Origin: Chloroflexota bacterium
Lineage (GTDB): Bacteria > Chloroflexota > Dehalococcoidia > Lucifugimonadales > HRBIN23
Direction of reading: 5' to 3'
Assembly (NCBI GenBank): GCA_016210325.1
Contig: JACQUK010000112.1
Span: forward strand, 598 to 64,597
Length of the DNA stretch: 64,000 nucleotides
In this document: piece after piece, positions 1 through 7,214 of the stretch
How positions within the stretch are numbered: the stretch's first letter is position 1
How the letters are laid out: each line of letters begins with the position of its first letter
Notes under the pieces: generated by a model
Seen by the model: the letters and a program-made list of their open reading frames with translations, nothing else
Databases searched by the model: none
Told to the model about the DNA's origin: nothing
Program-made: the position numbers and the translations under genes

Positions 1-83
1 CTGGATGTATAGCGACAAGAACTCAAACTGAACCACTACCGGCCCTTTGCTACACTAGCTTTGGCCCCAGGCGGACCCAGGTT

Positions 84-629
84 ATGGTCCCGTGGACTAC
101 ATCCCTTGCTGGGAGGCTCGCTGTGGCGGTGACGGTGCTGGTGCTCTATGACGCCTCCGGGCCGCAAATCACCAGGCTGGCGGAGGCCATCGCGGCGGGG
201 GTCAAAGAGGCGTCTGGTGCCTCGGCACGGTTACGGCCTGCCACCGAAGCCCGCCGCGAAGACCTGCTGGACTGCGATGCCCTGGTGCTAGGCTCCCCTA
301 ACTGGAGCGGGGTGACTGGCCGTCTGAAGACCTGGCTGGACGAGCAGGGTGACCTGTGGGAGGAAGGGTCCCTGGCCGGCAAGTCAGGGGCCGTCTTCAC
401 CACCGGCCGGGGGCAGCACAGCGGCCTGGAGTTCACCCTCCTCGTCCTCATGCACTGGCTCCTGGCTAACGGCCTCATCATTGTGGGGCTGCCGTGGAGC
501 CATCGGATGCGCACATCAGGCTCCTACTATGGCGCCAGCGCAGCGGGTGAGGTCACCGAGGATGACGTGGCGCAGGCCCGCGCCCTGGGGCGGCGAGTAG
601 CCGAGGTTGCAGCGCGCCTTAAGGGCTGA
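84..629 (+). CDS. Flavodoxin-like fold NAD(P)H:quinone oxidoreductase (WrbA-like)
   Basis: The ORF-track protein has the WrbA/flavodoxin-like layout (VLVLYDASGPQITRLAEAIAAGV ... ALVLGSPNWSG ... GAVFTTGRGQHSG). GTG at 123 preceded by GGGAGG (111-116) is a plausible alternative start. Confidence 0.6.
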   Translation: MVPWTTSLAGRLAVAVTVLVLYDASGPQITRLAEAIAAGVKEASGASARLRPATEARREDLLDCDALVLGSPNWSGVTGRLKTWLDEQGDLWEEGSLAGKSGAVFTTGRGQHSGLEFTLLVLMHWLLANGLIIVGLPWSHRMRTSGSYYGASAAGEVTEDDVAQARALGRRVAEVAARLKG

Positions 630-691
630 GCGACGTCTCCGAGGGTGTTCATGGGACAGTCCAGCCTTCACAGAACGGGGGGAGGTGTGGT

Positions 692-1141
692 GTGCCGGAA
701 GTGGGCGAGCCTGCGCCTGACTTTACTATTGCGACTACCCAGGGCACCCTCCGGCTGGCCGACCTGCGGGGAAAGAAAGTGGTTCTGGCCTTCTACCAGG
801 AGGACCTGACGCCGGGGTGAACGCAGGAGCTCTCCTCCCTGCGGGAGGAGTACGCGACGGTCCAGCAGGCCGGCGCCCAGGTGGTGGCCATCAGCTCGGA
901 CAGCCTGGAGTCGCACCGACGGTTCTGCGAGGCGCTGGGTGGCTGCCTCTTCCCAGTGGCCAGCGACCCCGACCTGACAGTCGCTCGTCTCTACGGTACC
1001 GTGGACGAGGCTGCCAGGCGCAGCCGCCGCGCTGTTTTCGTGCTGGACGAGGCCGGGATGGTCATCTTGAAGGTACCCTGGTACCAGCCAGGCAACATGG
1101 GGCAGTTCATGGAGGTTTTTCAGGCCCTGGGTGTAATGTAG
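692..1141 (+). CDS. Bcp/PrxQ-type peroxiredoxin (AhpC/TSA family) with in-frame TGA (818-820) at the peroxidatic Cys position; candidate selenoprotein
   Basis: GTG 692 follows the RBS GGGGGGAGG (677-685). My hand translation is VPEVGEPAPDFTIATTQGTLRLADLRGKKVVLAFYQEDLTPG-TGA-TQELSSLREEY, which continues in frame into ORF-track entry 881-1141. TPG[C]T is the peroxiredoxin active-site block. Confidence 0.75.
832..850 (+). promoter_or_regulatory. Putative bacterial SECIS hairpin downstream of TGA 818-820
   Basis: Perfect 8-bp stem CTCCTCCC (832-839) / GGGAGGAG (843-850) with loop TGC. It begins 11 nt after the TGA. Confidence 0.45.
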
Positions 1142-1205
1142 CCGGGTCAAGAGGTCCCTACCTGCACTGCCGAAGTGGAGCTGGACACCTTGAGGAGGAG
1201 ACATA

Positions 1206-2057
1206 ATGGTCCGCGCTATTGATATGCACGTGCATGCCCCGCTCGAGCCTGGGACCGAGGAGCCCTACACCTACCGGTCCATCAAGGGCTTCTTCCGGCC
1301 CCGGACCATGCCTAGCAACCCGGAGGAGATGGCCGCCCTCTATCAGGAGCTGGACATCCTGGGTGTCATCCTGACCATCGATACGGAGACGGTCACCGGC
1401 CAGAGGCCCTCCAGCAATGACTGGATCGCCTCCATCGTGCAGAGGTGGCCCCACCAGTTCGTGGGGTTTGCCTCGGTGGACCCGTGGAAGGGCAAGCAGG
1501 CTGTACAGGAGCTTGAGCGGTGCGTCAAGGAGTTGGGGCTGCGAGGGCTTAAGGTCCACCCGGTCGAAGGCAAGTTTGAGCTGAACGACCCCCGCTTCTA
1601 TCCGCTGTGGGAGAAGTGCGCCGAGCTGCGGGTGCCGCTGCTGTTCCACTCGGGGTTCGCCGCCTCTGGCGCAGGGCAACCTGGAGGCGATGGCTACAAG
1701 CTCAAGTACTCGGCACCCATCCCCTACGTTGACGATGTGGCAGCGGACTTCCCTGAACTGACCATCATCATGGCCCATCCCGCCTGGCCCTGGGTCGAGG
1801 AGCAGATTGCCGTTGTCCTGCACAAGGCCAACGTGTTCATGGACTTCTCTGGCTGGTCGCCACGTTTCATCCCGAAGGCCCTGGTGCAGGAGGCCAACAC
1901 CCGGCTCAAGGACAAGGTGCTCTTCGGGTCAGACTACCCGTTCCTCCCCCCTGACCGCTGGCTGAAGGAGTTCGAGCAGATGGACATGCGTGAGGAGGTC
2001 CGCCCGCGGTTCCTGAAGGAGAACGCCAAGCGAGCGTTGGGCCTGGATGTGGACTGA
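1206..2057 (+). CDS. Amidohydrolase-family metal-dependent hydrolase (amidohydrolase_2/ACMSD-like TIM barrel)
   Basis: ATG 1206 follows GAGGAGGAG. N-terminal IDMHVH metal motif. Later motifs include LKVHP, LLFHSG, and DYPF near the C-terminus. Confidence 0.75.
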   Translation: MVRAIDMHVHAPLEPGTEEPYTYRSIKGFFRPRTMPSNPEEMAALYQELDILGVILTIDTETVTGQRPSSNDWIASIVQRWPHQFVGFASVDPWKGKQAVQELERCVKELGLRGLKVHPVEGKFELNDPRFYPLWEKCAELRVPLLFHSGFAASGAGQPGGDGYKLKYSAPIPYVDDVAADFPELTIIMAHPAWPWVEEQIAVVLHKANVFMDFSGWSPRFIPKALVQEANTRLKDKVLFGSDYPFLPPDRWLKEFEQMDMREEVRPRFLKENAKRALGLDVD

Positions 2058-2126
2058 CTGGCCAGGAAGAGGTACAAGGGGGTAGTCGGAGCAGTTTTCC
2101 ATCAGCCCCGCCTCTGTTGACGTCGT

Positions 2127-2205
2127 CCGCTCACCCTGAGCTTGTCGAAGGGTGAGTGGACGCAGCAGGTTTCAGCTCATGGTTCGACTGGCTCACCACG
2201 AGCGG
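2127..2205. repeat. Dispersed hairpin repeat, family A (partial copy)
   Basis: CCGCTCACCCTGAGCTTGTCGAAGGGTGAG and GCTCATGGTTCGACTGGCTCACCACGAGCGG modules. The same modules recur at 24140-24223, 24733-24798 and 28896-28961. Confidence 0.8.
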
Positions 2206-2267
2206 AAGATATGGCAGGATGGCAACAGAGCTATCAGCCCCTTGGAGCACGACTGAGCTAGACCCCC

Positions 2268-2654
2268 CTAGCGGAATAGCCTGGGCAGGAGGGACTCCAC
2301 CACTCCGATGAGCAGGGCCGCCACCAGGATGAACAGGATGACACTCACGACCACTGAGCGGCGGCTGGCGGTGCGCTGAGGGCCCGCCTCCGCCAAGAGG
2401 GCTTCCTCAGGCGGACTGGGCCTTTCAACCGAAGTGGCCTCCCCTTGCTCCAGGACCTCCTGGGCCAACTCTTTGTCCCTGGCCTGGACGTACAGGGCGT
2501 AGGGCAAACTGGCCGCGACCCCCCAACCACCGGGGCCTGGCCCAATAGTACGCACCACGCTGGCAACTCCGGCGTCTAGGAGCCGCTGCTCCGCCAGCCG
2601 CGCCAGAGGCTCCCCCTCGTACACCGCGACCTTCACCAGCCGCTCGTCATCCAA
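2268..2654 (-). CDS. Hypothetical protein, DUF2007-like N-terminal domain plus C-terminal TM helix
   Basis: The ORF-track protein starts LVKVAVYEGEPLARLAEQRLLDAGV (DUF2007-like pattern). It has a hydrophobic C-terminus VVVSVILFILVAALLIGVV. Confidence 0.5.
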   Translation of the reverse strand: MDDERLVKVAVYEGEPLARLAEQRLLDAGVASVVRTIGPGPGGWGVAASLPYALYVQARDKELAQEVLEQGEATSVERPSPPEEALLAEAGPQRTASRRSVVVSVILFILVAALLIGVVESLLPRLFR

Positions 2655-2770
2655 TGCCTCTCTCCTCGTGGCCCCACTCCCAAGGGGACAGCGGTGCTGG
2701 CCTTTCTCAGCATACCACAGCGGCCACCTCGCTCCGTTGCAGGGGGCCTCTGGGGACGCCGTGTCCCGGC

Positions 2771-2940
2771 GCTAGTGTCCCGTCTCCGAAATACGTTTAT
2801 GAATTGTCATTGCGAGGAATCCCGATGTAATCGGGAGAGGTGGGGTCCACTCCTCCTCCAGACGCCGTGGTGAGCCTGCCGAACCATTGCCACGGCCCTC
2901 GTTCGTCGGGCTCGGCGAACTTCGGGGACACCGCGCTAGC
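2771..2940. repeat. MITE-like repeat, family B (GCTAGTGTCCC ... GGGGACACC..GCTAGC termini)
   Basis: Shares GTGTCCCGTCTCCGAAATACGTTTA, TGTCATTGCGAGGA and GGCGAACTTCGGGGACACC blocks with 17675-17783 and, in inverted orientation, with 7142-7204. Its right end overlaps the thyX stop codon. Confidence 0.75.
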
Positions 2941-4339
2941 GGTCGCGGCGCTGGAAGTAGCGGAACAGGGCAGGGTACTGGGCCTGGCACAGGGCTAGCG
3001 CCTTCTCCATGACCTCGCGGATGGAGAAGTGGGCCTGCGGCCCAGTGCGGAGCTTGAAGAGGTGGAAGCACTCCCGCAGGTCCATCCGCGCCAGGACGCG
3101 GCGACGGTGCGCGTGGGTGACCACGTACTGGGCTACCCGAGGGTTGAACTCCGCCAGGCGGTGGAAGGCAGCTTCGGCGGGCGTGGTCCCTTCCTGGAAG
3201 AGGGTGGCCAGCCCAGCCTCCTGAAGGAGCGTTGGCACCGCTGCCCCGTGGACCACGGTCAGGGGCTGCGGAAGGTACGTCTGCATGCGGTGGCGCTTGA
3301 ACTCCCGGTAGGCGCCGTAGTCCATCACCAGCTCCAGGGTCACCGAGGCCAGCTCCAGCTCCCTTGGCGGTGCGTCGAAGGGGCCGAGTCCGGCGAGGGC
3401 CGCATCCAGGACGGCATCTCGTTGGCTGGCCGACATCCCTTGTACCTGTTCCCAGACCTGGGCATAGGAGCGGTGGGAGTGCCGGTACAGCAGGGCGGCA
3501 ACGATGCGCTGCTCCGCCTGGGGATCGGCATCTATCAGGCGGACCTCGCTGGTGGGTTCCAAGAAGGGCGACTCTGCGGTGTCGCTGAGCTGGGCCAGCC
3601 TGCCGCGGCCTCCCACCAGGTAAGGGCTCTCATTGGCGTACTTGATGAGGGTGGGGGCGGTCTTGCGTCCCTCCTCTTTCAGGAGTTGGCCAACCTCTCG
3701 CTCCTCCTGGAGGTCCGAGGAGAGGAGCTTGGTGATGGCGTGCTCCAGGGAGCGGGCGTTCATCGTGACGCCCACATTGGTCAGGGTAGCTGCGGGGAGA
3801 ATGAAGCGGCACGAGTCCACCGCCTCGCGGCGCAGGCGCAGGTCGTAGGCGGTGTCGCGTTCCCCCTCTCGTCGGGGGCGGACCCTTTGCAGGTGGGCTT
3901 TGCACCCCTCCACAAGCTGGAGGTAGGTGGCGAAGAGGCGGTCACAGGTGACCTTGAAGCTGGCTTGAAGGTCTGGTTGGGCCTCCAGCTCTGGCGGCAG
4001 GTAGTAGTACCCCGGCTCCAGCACCTGGTACCGCGTGGACTTCTCGGTATAGGCAGCCAGGCGGTTGTCCTCCAGGGCATCACAGGCCAGGCGCGAGATG
4101 TTCTCCACCGCCATGTGCAGCACCGCGTGCTCGGCCACCGACGCATGGCCATAGCCCACCACCCACCGCTCGTGGAAGTCCGCCGCCTTCTCGGTGCTCA
4201 CCCGCTGAGCGGTCTGGTCGAAGGGCTGTGGCTGGCGAGACGTCATGGCGAAGACCACCGCCAGTTGCTCTTGGGACAGCTTCCGAGGGTCCAACGGGTA
4301 GATGCGGCGGGGGAAAGCGACCCCGGCCCGGTCTGTCAT
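2936..4339 (-). CDS. thyX: FAD-dependent thymidylate synthase (ThyX) family protein, tandem two-domain form
   Basis: The N-terminal half has GYGHASVAEH and DNRLAAYTEKSTRY plus CRFILPAATLTN..NARSLEH. The C-terminal half has EFKRHRMQT (RHR motif) and MDLRECFHLFKLRTGPQAHFSIRE. At 467 aa it is about twice a canonical ThyX. Confidence 0.65.
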   Translation of the reverse strand: MTDRAGVAFPRRIYPLDPRKLSQEQLAVVFAMTSRQPQPFDQTAQRVSTEKAADFHERWVVGYGHASVAEHAVLHMAVENISRLACDALEDNRLAAYTEKSTRYQVLEPGYYYLPPELEAQPDLQASFKVTCDRLFATYLQLVEGCKAHLQRVRPRREGERDTAYDLRLRREAVDSCRFILPAATLTNVGVTMNARSLEHAITKLLSSDLQEEREVGQLLKEEGRKTAPTLIKYANESPYLVGGRGRLAQLSDTAESPFLEPTSEVRLIDADPQAEQRIVAALLYRHSHRSYAQVWEQVQGMSASQRDAVLDAALAGLGPFDAPPRELELASVTLELVMDYGAYREFKRHRMQTYLPQPLTVVHGAAVPTLLQEAGLATLFQEGTTPAEAAFHRLAEFNPRVAQYVVTHAHRRRVLARMDLRECFHLFKLRTGPQAHFSIREVMEKALALCQAQYPALFRYFQRRDR

Positions 4340-4473
4340 AGCGCGTCCTTCTCCTGGCCCGTGCCAGCAACTATGTGGGAGTAGTGGGACTCAGGATAGC
4401 ATGAGGCCGACGACTCTTAGAAGAGCGTTTGCCATGTCTCCAGAGGGCCTCTGCCCAGCCCGGCGTCTTAGAG

Positions 4474-4829
4474 CCTATCCAACAATCCTCACTCCCTATG
4501 TCCCCCGCTCCCTTGTCAAGAGCTTTGCCTTAAAAGTGCCTTTTATGTCACCCTGAGCGAAGCGAAGGGTCTGGGGTTGGGGGTCAGCCAAGTATGAACT
4601 GGACCCCACCCCAGATTCTTCACTTCGTTCAGAATGACTTTTGAGGCAAAGCCCTTGTCAAGGGAGCGGGGGAGAAAAACGAACCTGGGGACACCCCTCC
4701 GACTTGGTCGAGAGTCTCGATGGCTTCGCCATCGGACCAGACCCCCAGGCAATCCCGATTTGTCCCGTGAGCGGGACTTGTCGGGATTGCACTCGTCCAA
4801 CGCTCACGGTTACACAGCTATTGGATAGG
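4474..4829. repeat. Nested palindromic (MITE-like) intergenic element
   Basis: Outer inverted repeat CCTATCCAACA (4474-4484) / TATTGGATAGG (4819-4829). Inner 30-nt inverted repeat 4501-4530 / 4644-4673 with 2 mismatches. Core inverted repeat GTCACCCTGAGCGAAGCGAAGGGTCTGG (4547-4574) / CCAGATTCTTCACTTCGTTCAGAATGAC (4611-4638). A separate 10-bp hairpin lies at 4749-4790. Confidence 0.7.
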
Positions 4830-4881
4830 TTTTTCGTGGGCCGCCGGGCCAAGACGGCTTGACAGAGTGCCCTTGGGCTGG

Positions 4882-5571
4882 CTAGGATGCCGGGTAGATG
4901 CCGTTCTTCTGGCCCACCAGGACCACTCGTGCAATCGGGGGGTAGAGGAAGGGGGTGGGAGCCGCAGGGGCAACGTGGGCGAAGCCGGCTTCCTTGAGAA
5001 GGTTGGCCACCTCCGCTGATGACCTCAGGTGCTCGCTGCTCACCTCCAACGACAGGACCTTCAGGTAGACCTTTGTCAGCGGTCGCAGGCGGGCAGGGGC
5101 GAACTCCCACAGCACCAGTCGGCCATCGGGCCTGAGCACGCGGTGGACCTCTTGGAGCAGGCGGACCGCCGACTGGTTGCCAAAATGCTTGATCACATAA
5201 CTGCAGATGGCTACCGTGAATGTGCTATCCTGAAATGGTAGGTGGGTAACGCTGCCCTCCACCAGATGGACCGGCCGCTGGTGTCCGTGCCCCAGATGGA
5301 GGAGAGGGCGGGTGGCGTCAACGCCCACCGGTGGGTGCTGAAGGGGGACGGTCCTATACAAGTACCTCAGGACGCTGGCGCGGCCACAGCCCACGTCCAG
5401 AACGCGGTCTTCAGGGCGAATGCGCAGCAGCCGGCGGAGTAGCGGCAGGGGTGTGTGGATGAGGGGCAGGCCGGAGGTGGACAGCACAAAGCGGAAGTGG
5501 CGGCTGTTGAAGTCTCCCTTGGTCATCCACTGCCGGTACTGGGTGATAGTCTGACGCTCTTCTTCGTCCAT
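4882..5571 (-). CDS. Class I SAM-dependent methyltransferase
   Basis: Motif I VLDVGCGRASVL and a Methyltransf_11-like core (VAICSYVIKHFGN ... LRPDGRLVLWEF). Confidence 0.75.
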   Translation of the reverse strand: MDEEERQTITQYRQWMTKGDFNSRHFRFVLSTSGLPLIHTPLPLLRRLLRIRPEDRVLDVGCGRASVLRYLYRTVPLQHPPVGVDATRPLLHLGHGHQRPVHLVEGSVTHLPFQDSTFTVAICSYVIKHFGNQSAVRLLQEVHRVLRPDGRLVLWEFAPARLRPLTKVYLKVLSLEVSSEHLRSSAEVANLLKEAGFAHVAPAAPTPFLYPPIARVVLVGQKNGIYPAS

Positions 5572-5624
5572 CCAAACTCCGATGCGCGGTGGCCTTAGGC
5601 GCTTCAGGCCCGGGGAGGTGGAAG

Positions 5625-6011
5625 ATGCCAGCGAAGTATCAGCAAGAGATTGAGGAGATACTGCGACAAGCCGGTAAGGCCCCTCCCGCCCCGCGACCCG
5701 CCCCGCGGAGATTGTCGCTGCGCATGCGCCTTCCTGCCGTACGGCTTGCCTGGTTCGTCTCCCCCACCAGGGTCTTGCTGGTCAGCATCGCCTTGCTACT
5801 CATTGCGCTGCTGATTCACTTGGCGGTGCCGGGGCTGGCGTTGCCGTTCGCCTTGTTCGTCTCGGTTGGCCTGGTCCTCCTGATCACAGCCTACGCCATG
5901 TTCTACATTGGCCGCAACATGGGGCCAGAAAAACGCTGGCGCGGACGGCCCGTTGACGATTCCCCTTCGCCGACATGGTGGCGACGCTTCGGGCGCCGTG
6001 GGCGGCGGTAG
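5625..6011 (+). CDS. Hypothetical membrane protein (two predicted TM helices, Arg-rich tail)
   Basis: ATG 5625 follows GGGGAGGTGGAAG. Hydrophobic stretches VLLVSIALLLIALLIHLAV and FALFVSVGLVLLITAYAMFYI. No family recognised. Confidence 0.45.
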   Translation: MPAKYQQEIEEILRQAGKAPPAPRPAPRRLSLRMRLPAVRLAWFVSPTRVLLVSIALLLIALLIHLAVPGLALPFALFVSVGLVLLITAYAMFYIGRNMGPEKRWRGRPVDDSPSPTWWRRFGRRGRR

Positions 6012-6109
6012 AGGGGTCGTGGGCCTGCGGCGACGGCCAAGCGCATGGGTCTCGCCTGGGGTGGCAGCTACCACAAAGTGTTTCCCGCCTGCCCACCAGA
6101 GAGACCGGC

Positions 6110-6337
6110 CTACTCCTGCTTCTCCTGTGTGGCCCGGAGCACCCGCTGCTTGAGGTCTCGGGGCGCGTGCTGGTGTGGAAGGGAGCGCACCATCGTCACC
6201 GTTAACCGCAGGGTGGCAATGAAAGCAGAGCAGGGGGCGCACCAGGCCAGGTGGCGCTCCATGCGGGCTAGGGTAGTGGGTGGCAGCGTGCCGTCAATGT
6301 AGTCAGAAGCGGCGGCCTGCTCCTCGGCGCACGTCAT
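6110..6337 (-). CDS. zf-HC2 anti-sigma factor-like protein (short, no TM segment)
   Basis: MTCAEEQAAASDYIDGTLPPTTLARMERHLAWCAPCSAFIATL fits the H-x3-C-x2-C zinc-finger anti-sigma pattern. The ORF-track entry extends to 6370. Confidence 0.6.
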   Translation of the reverse strand: MTCAEEQAAASDYIDGTLPPTTLARMERHLAWCAPCSAFIATLRLTVTMVRSLPHQHAPRDLKQRVLRATQEKQE

Positions 6338-6478
6338 CTCCCTGGCTCTGCCAAAAGGCCAAAGCTTCATGTCCTCTCAGGTCTCCCCCAATGTTGGGCC
6401 TATGGCTACTGTAGTGCTGGGCGGGGGCTATGGTCAAGGAGTTCCGCCCAAACACCTTGCTCGCTACAATTACATTAG

Positions 6479-7060
6479 ATGCAGTGCTGCGGTGGTGGGT
6501 GCGGTTCCAGAATGTTCTCGAGACCTGTTCGAGAGGGAAGGCCCGGACTGGTGGAGCAGCAGGACTTCACCCAGGTGGTCGAAAAGTACACGGACTACGT
6601 GTACAACATCTGCTATCGCATCATGGGCAATCCACACGATGCCGAGGACGCTGTTCAGGAGACCTTCCTCTCGGCCTACAGGAGTTGGGACAGGTTCCGG
6701 CGCGATGCACAGGTGAGCACCTGGCTCTACCGCATCGCGGTCAACGCCTGTCTGATGCGGCTGCGCAAAGACAAAAAGTCGCGACAGCTTACAGAGATTG
6801 GCCTGGATGACCGTGATGTAGCGAGCTGGGACCTGCCAGAGCGAGCTGCCCTGTCCGGAGAGCTCCAGACCAAGCTCCAAGAAGGGCTTGCCCTTCTCCC
6901 GGAAGAGATGCGGGTCGCCGTGGTGCTGCGCGATGTCGAGCAGCTTTCCAACGAAGAGGCAGCGGCAGTCCTCAATGTCAGCGTCTCCGCCTTCAAGGCC
7001 CGCCTGCACCGGGGCCGTGTCCTGCTGCGCCGCCACTTGGACCAGTACATCCGCAGCTAG
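6479..7060 (+). CDS. ECF-type RNA polymerase sigma-70 family factor
   Basis: Region 2 (YTDYVYNICYRIMGNPHDAEDAVQETFLSAYRSWDRF ... WLYRIAVNACL) and region 4 (VLRDVEQLSNEEAAAVLNVSVSAFKARLHRGR). The true start is probably the internal ATG at 6511. Confidence 0.85.
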   Translation: MQCCGGGCGSRMFSRPVREGRPGLVEQQDFTQVVEKYTDYVYNICYRIMGNPHDAEDAVQETFLSAYRSWDRFRRDAQVSTWLYRIAVNACLMRLRKDKKSRQLTEIGLDDRDVASWDLPERAALSGELQTKLQEGLALLPEEMRVAVVLRDVEQLSNEEAAAVLNVSVSAFKARLHRGRVLLRRHLDQYIRS

Positions 7061-7141
7061 GGTTGCCACAGCCCAACTCCACCCTCATCCTCAGTTGCCT
7101 CTGCACCCTTTTGGCCTCCTATTCATCCCATCATCTAGTGT

Positions 7142-7204
7142 GGTGTCCCCGAAGGTCGCCGACCATGTCATTGCGAGGCCCGACGAAGGAGGGCCGTGGC
7201 AATC
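7142..7204. repeat. Family B repeat, partial inverted copy
   Basis: GGTGTCCCCGAAGGTCGCCGACCATGTCATTGCGAGG is the reverse complement, with 2 mismatches, of CCTCGCAATGACATTGTCGGCGAACTTCGGGGACACC at about 17739-17775. Confidence 0.7.
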
Positions 7205-7214
7205 TGGAGGGGGG

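Noticed and set aside
2173-2205. GGTTCGA-containing strings (also at 24148 and 28913) that resemble tRNA T-arms.
   Set aside because: They are part of the family A repeat. No acceptor stem or anticodon arm can be drawn around them.
3029-4384. 451-aa plus-strand ORF.
   Set aside because: It is completely antisense to the ThyX-family gene, which has clear family motifs. Its translation is low-complexity and Gly/Leu/Arg/Val-rich.
6888-7214. Upstream part of ORF-track entry 6888-7652, which would extend the DUF3179 protein by 109 aa.
   Set aside because: - It overlaps the ECF sigma gene out of frame and crosses a family B repeat.
- ATG 7215 has a strong RBS and is followed immediately by a lipoprotein signal peptide.
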